DNA from: Chiloscyllium plagiosum
Taxonomy: Eukaryota
Direction: 5' to 3'
NCBI RefSeq assembly: GCF_004010195.1
Contig: NC_057713.1
Span: 92,531,147-92,595,146 of the forward strand
Length of the DNA: 64,000 bases
Positions 24,781 through 37,972 of the stretch are shown here, in pieces. The position numbers were made by a program, and so were the translations under genes. The notes under the pieces were generated by a model that was not told where the DNA came from, searched no databases, and was given only the letters and a program-made list of their open reading frames with translations. Each line of letters opens with the position of its first letter. The stretch's first letter is position 1.

Positions 24781-26143
24781 ATTTAATCTTTTCAGCCAAA
24801 TAAGTGGGAAATTTTTAACATTTTATCCAAAACTATCAGGCAATAATGTGCAATGAGAACATGTTAAAATTTATACACAGTGGTGGTATCACTGTCTCTG
24901 GGATAATGATCGTTCTACAAATTTGACTGGCCTGCCATTTCTATTAATTCTTATAAGTAAGTATATAGATTTACACTGAGTAACACGCACCTCATGTAGT
25001 AATAAACTACATTTTAGACCTGCAGTTAGTGCTCATTGACAAAAATGACTCAATTTATGTCCTGTTATCAATTAGGTTTACAAAAAATGAACAGCTAGAA
25101 GCTAAGATTTGCGATATTTACACACATTTGGTACAATTCTTTATCATACCTTGATCTCCTGCATTGATTCAAGAAATTCAGCTCTGAATGTTTAAAAATA
25201 AAGCCGCATTTTGCATCTTATGATCTGTTTATGCTAACCAAAACAGGCTTTTGATTAAGTACCTTCAGTGGATTTGTAAAAAACTTATCTGAAGAGGGTA
25301 AAATGAAGAAGAGTGGGAGAAGGCTCACATGGACCATGAAGACTTGCATCACTATATAGCATTGAATGATCGGTTTCTATTCGGTATTAATTTTGTTCCA
25401 GCTCCCACTCCCAAAATGCAATTTTAAAATGTGTTATTATCACTTCAGAGGATTCATGTTTCATTTGAATAGATTTGACCCGGACACAAATTTTAATTTT
25501 AATAGCAATTAGGAATTGCGGCATCTGATGCAAGTGTACGTAAGAGCTGTTTGTGAGGACTAGTATCCTTGATCTCCCGCCAAGCTTCACATCATTGGCA
25601 ACAGTGTGCACCTTAACTTTCTAACTCTTATTTATGACTCCAAGAAATGGATTGTGCACACCAACAGCCATTTTCTGGGATGTTGACTTGGCAGTTACCT
25701 AAAACATGGTGAGGGCCTCATCAGCTTTGGCTACTATGGTGTGAGGACATCACCCTTTCTATTGTGCTTAAAGACTGGCAGCAGTCAATGAGCTGGAAGT
25801 TCCTAACAAGTTGGAATATAAGAAGATGGAGAGTAGCAAGGCATGTGACATACCCAAGGGTACTGTCATGAAACTTAATAGGCAAGCAGCCAGTTATCTA
25901 CGAACAATCTGTGACCTCACACAGCATATAAGGTCAGTAATGGGAAGTCAGAGATGAAAGTAGGCGATACAGAAGCAGTTGACCTCTCTGCAACCAATTC
26001 CATTGTAAATAATGACCCAGGTATAGCTGGAATAATACATGACACAAAGTGGTTACAGACGACCTATAGTGGATGTGTGAGGATGGCTCTGAACATGCAT
26101 TACATACCATGTTGGCAGATCTCCTGATAGGACTAGCTACAAC

Positions 26144-26163
26144 TGCAGCAGCAGCAGCAGCAG
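26144..26163 (+). repeat. (GCA)n microsatellite
   Basis: tgcagcagcagcagcagcag. Confidence 0.8.
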
Positions 26164-26924
26164 TACATGGTGCTGCATTGGAATTGTCAACAGGGTGAAG
26201 ATGTGTCCAAGGGATCAGACTGCTACCATTAATTGCTCCCAATGCAAAATGATTCCCAAATTCTTCATTGTAATATGGTGTAAGTAACTATGACATAATT
26301 TGAAACAGATTCAAAACCTTTATAGATCCCCAGCTATAAAATTACTATAGAACTTTACGATAATGGCCAAAGTCAGCTGTGTAATGCATGAATGCTCCAG
26401 GGTCTTAGAAAATGCTTTATTTAATATTGGAAGCATTTCTCGTATTCATTTACAAGATTTGAAAACTAATGGAGCTAAACCAGGTACTAAACTAGATCCT
26501 TCTGCAACCAATGTCTGTCTACAAGGATTAATTATTTTTTGAGGTAGTCACCTTACACTGTAATAGTCCATCTTAATAACATGACAAAAGATATCACTGT
26601 CTATTCAAAAATACAAAATAATCAGTGACTCCATTTTTATAACTCACAAATGATTAAATATAGTGAAGTGACAATGTCTGAATTGCTCTACTAGACATTA
26701 AATTTAGACCAGCTGTTTTTCATTTTGAGGAATATTTTTATTAGATTTTAACTGTGGGTTCAATTTTCAAAAATGCCTCTGTAGTTTGAGTTTGCATTGC
26801 ATCTTTCCTGACATTTTTATATCGTTGACTGAATTCACCACAGCGCTGATTTATACTTATATGCCACAATCATATAGGAATGGGCTGATTATTATGCAAA
26901 TCATGAGCAACATACTGTTTACTT

Positions 26925-27315
26925 GATTGAGTCTTGAAGTCAGATTGTTGTGGACCCAAGTTCCATTCTACAAACCTCAAGCATAAATTCAAGGCACATA
27001 CTCTTGGCACAGTACTGATGGAGCGCTGCACTGCCATAGACTGTGTTTTTTGGATGAGACATTAAATCTAGACCTGTCTGTCTTCTCAGATGGGCATTAA
27101 AAATCCCATGACACTATTCAAAGAAAAGTAGGTAAGCTTTCTCCTTTGTGCTGAACAATATTTGCCCCTCAAATGACCTGGTCATTTATCCCATGGGATC
27201 TTGCTTGTGTAACTTGGTTGTCACATGACCTACTTTACAATGTACTTCAAAAGTATTTAAAGGTTTTGGGACACCCAAAAACTTGGAAGGCACTACTGAA
27301 CCACAAACTGTTTCT
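26925..27315 (+). mobile_element. Deu-domain SINE
   Basis: ttttggatgagacattaaatctagacc...ctcagatgggcattaaaaatcccatgacactattcaaagaaaagtagg resembles the recalled Deu core. Confidence 0.7.
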
Positions 27316-29999
27316 TTCATTATTTACTACTTAGCCTGGAGGTTAGAAAATAATGCACAATTCGTAGAGAATACATCAAAATATAGAATTGGTAACAGTA
27401 ATTATAGAAATCTTCCTTTTGTTTGTGTGACCATGCTCAGTACTGTAAAAGGAACTCTTCACCTATGGGCTACCTGGAGTTGGAATAAATCTGGTTAAGA
27501 TGAAAGTTCAAAATCCCGACATAAATCAAGCTCAGCAGGCTGCCAACAAAAAGTGAATCTTCTTCTCTTGTTTGTAAGCCGAGTGGTAATAAATGCTCAT
27601 CAGTAGCCTCTCGAACTTTGTTTCACACAGAAACCTGTCAAAACTCAAGGAGGGAGGAAAACGTAAACATCAGCATTCCATTTCTATTCCCAGCTATGTT
27701 GTTGGCCATTAATTGGTCAGCCAGTGTGAAATTGTAAATAGGGCGATAAAATCACATTATCCTATACCACTGACAAGAAAGATCACAACTCCCCTTTTCA
27801 GATTATACTTTTTTCACTGCTCTCAGTGTACCAGTGTGAGATTGTAACATGATCAAAAGTCAAAGTCGGAGTGCGCTTGCCACCCACCTCCAGTTCCTGG
27901 TCCACCTGAGTCCCCAGAAGTCCTGTCCAAAGAAACTTACAGCACAGAAAGAGGCCATTTCATACATTGTGCCAATAAATTAAGGTAAAGAATAGCCCTT
28001 TTTACCCAGGTTTGCATGTTGATGCAAAGGAACAGAGCATTTGACCCTATCAATCCATGTCTATGACTAAGCTTCGCTTGAACCTCTTTCTATCTAACTA
28101 CAACATCCAACCCTTTTACTCCCTTTTCAGTCTACCATTGTCCAGTTTCTAAGTATTTATGTTATTCATGCTAACCATTTCCTCTGGTATAATGTTTCAC
28201 ATTCTTACCACTATCTCAGTTAAGTTTCTTCTGAATTCCTCATTTGATTTCTTGGCAATTATGCTAAAATGAAAGTGCCAAGTGAAATTCTTCCCCATAT
28301 TCATGCCAACAAAACCATTCATAAATTTAAATATGCAGCCCAGGTAAGTACATGGTAGTAGTCTGGTAGAAAGAATAGGCAAATTATGTATTACTTGAAG
28401 ATGCATGTAAAGGTACGGTAGATGACAATGTCCCCTCTCTCTTTCTTAACTCCTTGAAAGATTTAATATGTTCACAAAGTAAGATTGTCCCTGCTCTCTG
28501 TTATCTTGGATATTGCTGGAGGCATTGCATGCACTTAGTGAGGAGGTGATGCACCAGTAGCTGGGTTCACCATGTAAAGAGTTGATGATTTCTTTTTCCC
28601 TTCCTGCTCAATTTCTGCAGAAGATGGAGGACAGCATTGATGGTATGGATGGAGGGCAGGGGAGAGCAATGGACACAGTCTACAAGGGAGGGAGATGACT
28701 GAATTATCATCAATTGAAGTGCTAATAGGAGATAGGTGCTAAAATGTAGTTTGCTACTACATGACGAGAATGTGTTACTCAGTGTAAATCTATATACTTA
28801 CTTATAAGACTTAATAGAAATGGCAGGCCAGTCAAAGTTACAGAATAATTATTCTCCAAGGGACAGTGATATTGCCACTGTGTATAAATTTGTAAATATC
28901 CTCATTGCACAGATTCACATTATTGCCTGATGGTTTGTGCGCAAGTTGACAGTCTTTTTTGAACATTTTCAATATTTTCAAAATAGTTAATTAGTTGTAA
29001 AACACTTCGGAACATCTTGTGGCAAAGGTGCCATATAAATACAAGTCTTTCCTTCCTTTTACTGATGAGAAACCACATTCTGAGGACACATCTACTGATT
29101 GTGGGATCAGGTATTTTAGGGATAAGATTATCAGGAAATCTCTACTTCAGTAGAAAATGAAACAAAAAAGAACAAAATTTTCTTCTTTCAAAGAAGTACT
29201 TATATGGTAATTACAGTTATCACCTTTTGAAAAAAAAATGAAGTTTTTTAACAAAATAATAGGTCTGAAGTATTTAATCTTGTTTAATAATTTGCAGCAA
29301 ATTTTAATACAATTTATATTTTAGGGTGACATTTCTGTTATCTTGTGCATTATGGTCTGTTGCACAGCAGCAAGGGATTTGATGTGTGATCTTGAAGGTT
29401 TTGGGAGTTCAGTTGAGATCTTTCACACAAATATCCTAAACTGTGTCCAAGGGACATTTGGGATCAGCTGTTTAAAGCTGTCCCAGTGAAAGCAGTATAC
29501 AATGGAGGGCATTCCAGGAGTCCACAGATCATACATGACAAAAATTCAGCAGCGGAGTAAATCTGACAATATTTTAATGATCAATTATTTATTGTTTTAT
29601 TACTTGAAATAATATTGTTTACAGTATTAGATACTCATCAATTTGTGAAAATGTGAAATGTCTATAAGTTAAGGCAGCTTGTCACAACAGTCAACTTAAT
29701 GAATGATACTGTATATAGAAAAATGATGAATAATGAGGATTGCAGCTTTAAAATATCGTTCTGTGAATATTCATTTGATTTGTAGTAAATTGATAGTATT
29801 ACTCTTGCAATAGATAAATTAAAACAATGAATGACCTCTTGCAACTGTTGGGCCTCCTGCCTCCGAATGGAAATTATAATTCCTTTATAAAAATGTTTTG
29901 CTTTCAAACTGAGCACCACACGAAGAAATACTCTTAAGAAAGATGTAGCAAAGTTACAAGCAAAATGCTTCAAACCAACAATGTGTATTAACCCTAACC

Positions 30000-30200
30000 T
30001 TAGAAAGTAATAAGGGTATGGAATGCTTTGCCTGCAATGGTAGTAGATTCACCAACTTTAAGTACATTTAAGTTGTCATTGGACAAGTATATGGACGTAC
30101 ATGGAATAGTGTATGTTAGATGGGCTTCAAATTGGTATGACAGGTCGGCGCAACATCGAGGACCGAAGGGCCTGTACTGCGCTGTAATGTTCTATGTTCT
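30000..30200 (+). mobile_element. CR1 LINE 3' end
   Basis: VIRVWNALPAMVVDSPTLSTFKLSLDKYM; ggaccgaagggcctgtactgcgctgtaatgttctatgttcta tail. Confidence 0.8.
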
Positions 30201-30474
30201 AAAACAAACCTACTACACTATTGGCATGTTTGCATTTCCATATCACTCATACTGGGTTTTCTTTGAGAGATTATCATTTATTTTGCCTTATATTTGGAAT
30301 TAATCAATATTGATTTGAACTAGTGACACCAAAAGCACCGCAGCAACCAACATTTGAGATTAACTTTACTGGTCCTTGTTAGAAAGCTAGATAGAGTACT
30401 CTGTGATTGCCAAATTCCTCAGTGTTCACTCTGGGAAGATAATATAAATGAACAAGTATATTCAACATGGCGAC

Positions 30475-30942
30475 AAAGAATTAGAGATGTACAACTTGTC
30501 CATGCCAACTAGAAGTCCTAACCTGATCTCCTCCCATTTGCTAGCACTTGGCCCATATCCCTCTGAACCTTTGCTATTCATATACCCATCCAGATGCCTT
30601 TTAAATTTTGTAATTGTACCAGCCTCCACCGCTTCCTCTGGCAGCTCATTCTTTACACGCACCACCCTCTGCATGAAAAAGTTGTCCCTAATGTCCCTTT
30701 TATATCTTTACCCGCTCACCCTAAACCTATGCTCTCTTGTTCTAGACTCCCCCAGCCCAGGGAAAAGACCGTGTCTTTTTACCCTATCCATGCCCCCTCC
30801 ATGATATTGTAAACCTTTATAAGGTCACCCCTCACCCTCCGACACTCCAGGGAAAACAGCTGCTGCCTATTCAGCCTCTCCCTGTAGCTCAAATCCTCAA
30901 ACCCAGGCAACATCCTTGTAAATCTTTTCTGAACCTTTTCAA
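30475..30942 (-). mobile_element. HER1-type CR1 LINE 3' end
   Basis: EKVQKRFTRMLPGFEDLSYRERLNR and QRVVRVKNELPEEAVEAGTITKFKRHLDGYM; homologous to 42733-43133. Confidence 0.85.
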
Positions 30943-32107
30943 AGGTCATCTGCCAACCTACCAACCAGAATTCTCCCCTAACTGGAATTTCAGACAACGC
31001 GATACTGTTTTAAAAGCTTGTTACTTGTAGTGTCATGTAATACATTCTTTGATTCTAAAAATCCAATAAATTGTAAATCTGTAAAGGCTGTTCCGAGGCT
31101 TTGCAGTGAAATTATTAAATGATTGGATCAGTCTTGGTTACTGTGCCCGACAAAAGTTGTACTGCCCCAAGCAACTGTCAGTGAAACAGGTTAATTTTTT
31201 CCAAGGGAAGTCTGAAGGTCATGGTGCCAGCCTGATGGTTCTTCTTGTGACGGGTCCTCTTGGGTCCTCGGCTGCCCAGTTACTTCCTTTCAATTTCTCA
31301 GCGACAAAGTGGCACCTGGCCTGTGTCGGCATTTTTGATTAACAGGTACTACTGAGCATCCTGGCTAACAAAGATTTTACACTAGATGCATTCATTATTG
31401 TTATATGATTATACATCTAACCAGCAGATTAATGCACTGACAACATTTGGTACAGATTTCACTAAGAAATCAGTGGAATGGATATTTTCAACATCATGAA
31501 ATAAAGCTGCAATAAGTTCATTTGTAAAGATGCAAACCATCCCACAGTGCTGCACCCAAAGAAAATGGATGATTTTTCAGCAAGGGAGAGAGCAAGATGC
31601 TTTATTGAAAGATTTGTCAGAGATTTTGAGAACAGAGAACAAATAAAACAGCGCACAGGAACAGGCCCTTTGGCCCTCCAAGTCTGTGTTGACACATTTT
31701 GCCCTTTAATTCTAAAACTGTCTTCACTTACAGGATCTGTATTCCTATATTCACTTACTATTCATGCATTCCTCCAGGTGCTTCTTGAAAGAAGGATTTC
31801 ATAAAGAAAAGTGATGGATGTGTTTGTGTAGGTCATTCCTGGAAGTTAGGTCTGAGTGGCTGATAGTTCTGTCACCAGTAATGCAGCAAAGAAAGGGGAA
31901 AAACAGAAAGACTGGACTCTGAGGAATTGAAATAATGTGAATATGAATGTAGCATTGGAGAAGATTGCAGAGTTTAGCCTAAGGAGAGACCACGTAGTGA
32001 TTTTTTATACAGACAAGAAAGTTAGTTTGACTGAACTTGGGAGTAGAGATGCAAACTTAGGTCAGGAGGTCATGGATGATGGATGAGCAGGACTTAGTGT
32101 AGGACTT

Positions 32108-32388
32108 GATTAGATTAGATTCCCTACAGTGTGGAAACAGGCTTTTCGGCCCAACCAGTCCACATCGACCCTCCGAGAAGTAACTCACTCAGACCCATTT
32201 CCTTCTGACTAATGCACCTAACACTACAGGCAATTTTAGCATGGCCAATTCACCTGACCTGCACATCTTTGGACTGTGGGAGGAAACCCACGCAGATACG
32301 GGGAGAACGTGCAAACTGCACACAGACAATTTCCCAAGTCTGGAACCTGAGACCTTGGCTGTGAGGCAGCAGTGCTAACCACTGAGCC
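32108..32388 (-). mobile_element. HE1-type V-SINE
   Basis: Same structure as the other copies, (tctaa)n tail. Confidence 0.85.
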
Positions 32389-33934
32389 TGTGGTAAAAGT
32401 TTTGGATCTGTTGGTGTTGGGTAAGGTGAGACCTGGAGACTGGCAAGGAGAACATTGAAGAAATTAAGTCTGCTGGCCAGGACAGCATGTAAAAAGGCTT
32501 CCAATGGCAAAGTAAGGATCTGATTACTGTTTTTCATTCAAAATAAAGTTTTATTTATAATTAAATGTCACATCTAGAAGAAAAATACACTACTGACTGA
32601 ATAATGTTATTTTTATTTCAGTCTTGTAAAGACCTGAAACCTGGGATTATTCAATATGCTGTGCTGTGGAAATCCTGTGCCACATAGCATAATGATTGTA
32701 ATTTAACTTAAAAACTCACAAAATCTATACCACGAGAGAGGTTATTTGTCCATCATCTCTGTGCTGACTGCGAAAGAGTTGCTCAGCCTAATCCCACAAC
32801 ACTACAGCTCTTCATGTGCACACCCAAATATTAAATGAAGTAAGTGTTTACCCCTCTTCCATTTTTTCAGGCAGTGACTTCCACCATCTCAACATTCGTT
32901 GAAATCCTGCTGCCAATTACTTTCAATTTATTTCCCTGGTTATTGATCTCGCTGCTAAGGAGAATAAGTTCTTCCCATCCACTCTGGTTATTGACTCCTC
33001 TACAAGGGAACTCAAGTTCTTTCCATCCACTTTATTTAAGTCTTTATACTGTCATATGTCTCAATCAAATCTCCCCTCAGTCACTTCTGATCTAACAGCC
33101 CCAGCCTATCAACTTTTTCTCAAAAGGTAGATTTCTCTAAACCTGGCAAATTTGTATCCTGTTTATTTAATTAAATCAATTAATGGAAAATTACATAAGT
33201 AAATTACAGGTAATGCCCTTTTCTGAATCATATTACATAATTCCAGCTTTCATACAAGAGTGCGTGCAATTCTTTTAACAACCATCATTGTAAACTTGTT
33301 TTTCTGTAATCCTATTCAACAATATAAAGGCATACTCAGTCATGAGTTGAAATGGTTTACTAATCCAGGATGGATACATTTAAAATGCATTTCAGATTCA
33401 TAAAAATCTATAATAATTTTCATTAGCATACTCTAAGGGAGGTCATGTATCACATTATGGATAAAATTGACTGCACTTCTGGGACATATAATGCTAAGTG
33501 TTAAATCATGAAACAATGAGATCATATAATCACATTTCTTTTTCTCTCAGAATGTATAGATTAGTTAAGAGTAATTTTTGTTCTCAAAAGAGGTACTATC
33601 TTGACATCTACAAATCTGTGTTGAAAATGACTAAGGATCTCTCATGTGCATTGCTGTTTAGAAAATCAAAATAGCTTTTTCTTGCTTTAGTAAGTTGATC
33701 AGGTACACAATCTCCAGCTAGGTTGTTCTTCAGCAGATATTTGGTTTATAACTTTTAAAGATACGAATTATTGGCAGATTGCTTCCTTTACTTTGCACTG
33801 CATAGCTTTAGGACAAAACTGATGCTGACCTCACTGATCATCCACATGAACTGATACCCTTTTAAGAGGTAATTCGATGGTAATTTAAATTGCAGCAATT
33901 TCTGGCACTGATATTGCAATTGTGGTCAGTTTGG

Positions 33935-34500
33935 AGTCATAGAGTTATAGAAAGAGGCCCTTTAGCTCACCATGTCTATGTGTTCTAACAAATACTAAAC
34001 TACACTGATCTCGATTACCTGCACTTGATCCATAGTCTAGTATACCTCAGCATTTTAAGTACTCATCCAGATGTTTCTTAAATGTTGCAAGAGTACTTGC
34101 GTCCACCACTCTTTTAGGCTGCACCTCCCATATATCTACCACCTCCCAGATAAAAACATTTCTCAGATTGCCTCTAAACTATTTACTCCTCATTTTACAT
34201 TTATGCTCTCTGGTTTCAGACATGTCTGCCATGGGGAAAAGGTTCTCATGATTTACCCTGTCTTTGCCTCACATAATTTTGTATACCTCAATCGCATTCT
34301 CCGTCAGCCCCCTCTGCTCCAAGGAAAACAAACCCAGCCTATCCAGTCTCTCTTCATAACTGGGACTTTTCATTCCAGACAACATCTGAGGGAATCTTCA
34401 CTGCATCCTCTCCAGTGAAATCATGTTATTCTGGCAGCATGGTGACCAGAACTGCACACAGTATTCCACCTGTGACCTAATGAACATTTTATGAACATAA
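33935..34500 (-). mobile_element. CR1 LINE 3' region
   Basis: gagtcatagagttatag tail and RT C-terminal motifs (ctgcatcctctccagtg, gaccagaactgcacacagtattcca). Confidence 0.75.
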
Positions 34501-34789
34501 ACATGCTAGCATGGGAATAATTGGGTTGAATAACAGATATGTCAAAGGAGGGGATAAACAAGGAAAAGAAGACTATGTTGAAGAACCAGGTTTTTATGGC
34601 TACCATAAGAACCCCCTCAGCTGCAGGACTCTTTCTAGGCAGGGTGTCCACCGTGAGATCTCTCTTGAAGTGGAAGGCCTGCCATTAACCTCACCTACTT
34701 GGCAAACCGTCTTCCCGAAAAGAAGAACAACCAGTCTCGCACCAGCTCTTCAATCAGCAGACGAGACATCCTAGACTATAACAAGATTA

Positions 34790-35175
34790 CGCCCAGTGGT
34801 TACTGCCCATCACTCACTGACATTGAGAAGGTGGTAGTGAGTTGCTTTTTCGGATACAAGTAATTGACTCACTGGGCCATATCACAGTCACTTACGCTGT
34901 TACCTGTCTGGAGTCACCAATAGGATCGACCAGCTAAGTATTTAGATTTGCTTCTCTGAAGGACATTAGAGAAACAGTTGTATTTTTATGAGAGGTCTAT
35001 AGTTTCAGTGCCACCTATACTGTTACTAGTTTCTTTCTATTCCAGACTTATTTAATATATTAAATTTTAAATTCCTCAGCTGCCATGGTGGGATTTGAAC
35101 TGAAGGTTTTGCATGTTCCAGTCCAGCCTCTGGATTTCCTCATCGAGTAATATAATCAGTCTGCTAATGGGACCC
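34790..35175 (-). mobile_element. tRNA-derived SINE of the family at 54123-54447
   Basis: gtctggagtcacca...tgaaggacattagagaaacag...gctgccatggtgggatttgaact...cctctggat. Confidence 0.6.
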
Positions 35176-36346
35176 CCACACCCTGCAAAAAATGCTGTTC
35201 TCCTCTCAACAAGAAAGTCTGATTAGAAAACCTTTTGCATTATCTGGATTTTTGTATTTGCAGTTGGGACCAAAAATGCATCAAGGTTAGAGAGAAAACA
35301 TCAGCATTCAGGCCGATAGTGTAGGTTACTGCAAATATATCATTTTGTAGCATAATACAATGAAGATTTAGGGATTTAGTTTTACTCATGTTCTTAACTC
35401 TAATCTTGAGGTGTTTGCGGAGCATGAGATGATGACAGTAGTTGTCAGGGATGTCACTAAGGTCCTGCCAACCAGTCGTCCCATGGAGATGTGGAAACAT
35501 TATCAAAGTAAAATTCCCCTTTGAATTCATAAGCTACTTAGATATTCCTTAAAACCTATAGCTGACTAAAAAAAATTTGATTGCCAGTCTTAATATTTCC
35601 TTATGTGACTTACTGTCAAACTTTGCTTGGTAATTCTCTGGCAAAGTGCCTTGGGATGATATATTAATGCAAATGCTGTTGTTGCACTTTGTTTACAAAG
35701 TTTTAAAAATATTTTTCCTTTAAAATGTGGCTCAGGTGATACTGGCTAGGGGAGCTATTGCAGCAAATTCCTCTCCCTACTCAAGGAAGGTAATACAGAT
35801 GGAAGTTGGACAAGGTTACGATCAGGATGACTCCCATATAGTTTGATGAGTCAGAACAAAAATTCTTCACTGCTGCTAATCTCAAGGACTCTCTGTTGGA
35901 TCAGAACTTCAAGATTAAATTTTAAACAAAGCATTGTAGTGGAGCATAGGATGGGTTAATCTTAACTGCAGGGTTGATGTTGTAACTTAAGATAACTGAG
36001 CCAAGCCACTGAACTGTAGGCTGGCCACTGCACACAAACTCACTGAATTCTTGTTGCATAGTCAGGACCAATGAGTCTCCCCTAAAAGAAGTCAGCTAGA
36101 AATACCAGTAAAACCATAAAATCCGACACAAAACTATCCATCAAACTCAACTTGGCTTTAAATTTTAAAAATTACAATATTACTGAAAAACTGTGTGTTA
36201 CACTGTTGTCCACATTCTCATTAGTGAAAACTAAAGAAATTGCCTTTCAAATTTTGTAAGTAAAATTGTCTTATTGCTGCATCTGAAATTGAGCTGGTTC
36301 ACTGATCCTACATTGGTAGTACCTGGGCTAAATTAAAGGGAATTAT

Positions 36347-36640
36347 GGATTAGTGGTGGTGGAAGAGCACAGCAGTTCAGGCAGCATCCAAGGAGCTTCA
36401 AAATCGACATTTCGGGCAAAAGCCCTTCATCAGGAATAAAGGCAGTGAGCTTGAAGCGTGGAGAGATAAGCTAGAGGAGGGTGGGGGGGGGAGAAAGTAG
36501 CATAGATCCCCACCCCCACCCTCCTCTAGCTTATCTCTCCACGCTTCAAGCTCACTGCCTTTATTCCTGATGAAGGGCTTTTGCCCGAAATGTCGATTTT
36601 GAAGCTCCTTGGATGCTGCCTGAACTGCTGTGCTCTTCCA
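36347..36640. mobile_element. Penelope pLTR fold-back with perfect 128-nt arms, abutting an assembly gap
   Basis: 36360-36487 is the exact reverse complement of 36513-36640; each arm carries CUGAUGA a GGGC uuuu GCCC GAAA UGUC. Confidence 0.75.
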
Positions 36641-37079
36641 NNNNNNNNNNNNNNNNNNNNNNNNNNNNNNNNNNNNNNNNNNNNNNNNNNNNNNNNNNNN
36701 NNNNNNNNNNNNNNNNNNNNNNNNNNNNNNNNNNNNNNNNNNNNNNNNNNNNNNNNNNNNNNNNNNNNNNNNNNNNNNNNNNNNNNNNNNNNNNNNNNNN
36801 NNNNNNNNNNNNNNNNNNNNNNNNNNNNNNNNNNNNNNNNNNNNNNNNNNNNNNNNNNNNNNNNNNNNNNNNNNNNNNNNNNNNNNNNNNNNNNNNNNNN
36901 NNNNNNNNNNNNNNNNNNNNNNNNNNNNNNNNNNNNNNNNNNNNNNNNNNNNNNNNNNNNNNNNNNNNNNNNNNNNNNNNNNNNNNNNNNNNNNNNNNNN
37001 NNNNNNNNNNNNNNNNNNNNNNNNNNNNNNNNNNNNNNNNNNNNNNNNNNNNNNNNNNNNNNNNNNNNNNNNNNNNNNN
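36641..37079. other. Assembly gap (N run)
   Basis: 439 Ns; ORFs spanning it are artefactual. Confidence 0.99.
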
Positions 37080-37972
37080 GGTCTGAGGGCGGGGGTGCGG
37101 GATGTGGATGAGATGCGTTGGAGGGCATCTTTGACCACGTGGGAAGGGAAATTGCGGTCTCTAAAGAAGGAGGCCATCTGGTGTGTTCTATGGTGGAACC
37201 GCTCCTCCTGGGAGCAGATACGGCGGAGGAATTGGGAATACGGGATGGCATTTTTGCAAGAGGTAGGGTGGGAAGAGGTGTAATCCAGGTAGCTGTGGGA
37301 GTCGGTGGGTTTGTAGAAAATGTCAGTGTCAAGTCGGTCGTCACTGATGGAGATGGAGAGGTCCAGGAAGGGGAGCCAGGTGTCGGAGATGGTCCAGGTA
37401 AATTTAAGGTCAGGGTGGAATGTGTTGGTGAAGTTGATGAATTGCTCACCCTCCTCGCGGGAGCACGAGGTGGCGCCAATGCAGTCATCAATGTAGCGGA
37501 GGAAGAGGTGGGGAGTGGTGCTGGTGTAATTACGGAAGATCAACTGCTCTACATAGCCAACAAAGATACAGGCATAGCTGGGGCCCATACGTGTGCTCAT
37601 GGCTACCCCTTTGGTCTGGAGGAAGTGGGAGGATTCGAAGGAGAAATTGTTAAGGGTGAGGACCAGTTCGGCCAAACGAATGAGAGTGTCGGTGGAAGGG
37701 TACTGTTGGGGACGTCTGGAGAGGAAAAACCGGAGGGCTTGGAGGCCCTGGTCATGGCGGATGGAAGTGTAGAGGGATTGGATATTCATGGTGAAGATGA
37801 GGCGTTGGGGGCCGGGGAAACGGAAGTCTTGGAGGAGGTGGAGAGCGTTAGTGGTGTCTTGAACGTATGTGGGGAGTTCCTGGACTAGGGGGATAGGACA
37901 GTGTCGAGGTAGGTGGAGATGAGTTCAGTGGGGCAGGAGCATGCTGAGACAATGGGTCGGCCAGGGTGGTCA
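37080..37972 (-). pseudogene. Penelope-like element reverse transcriptase (5'-truncated, probably inactive)
   Basis: GRPIVSACSCPTE...IFTMNIQSLYTSI...QTKGVAMSTRMGPSYA...LRYIDD...LPFLDL...YKPTDSHSYLDYTSSHP are Penelope/telomerase-like RT motifs. The expected motif-A Asp reads Asn (MNIQ). Confidence 0.92.

Noticed and set aside
25934-26242. 102-aa ORF with poly-Ala
   Set aside because: Poly-Ala comes from a (GCA)n microsatellite; no homology or splice support
36398-37283. Long ORFs of 157-463 aa spanning the N run
   Set aside because: They read through the assembly gap; only 37080-37972 is real Penelope RT
37118-37888. 256-aa plus-strand ORF
   Set aside because: Antisense shadow of the GC-rich Penelope RT; no independent protein features
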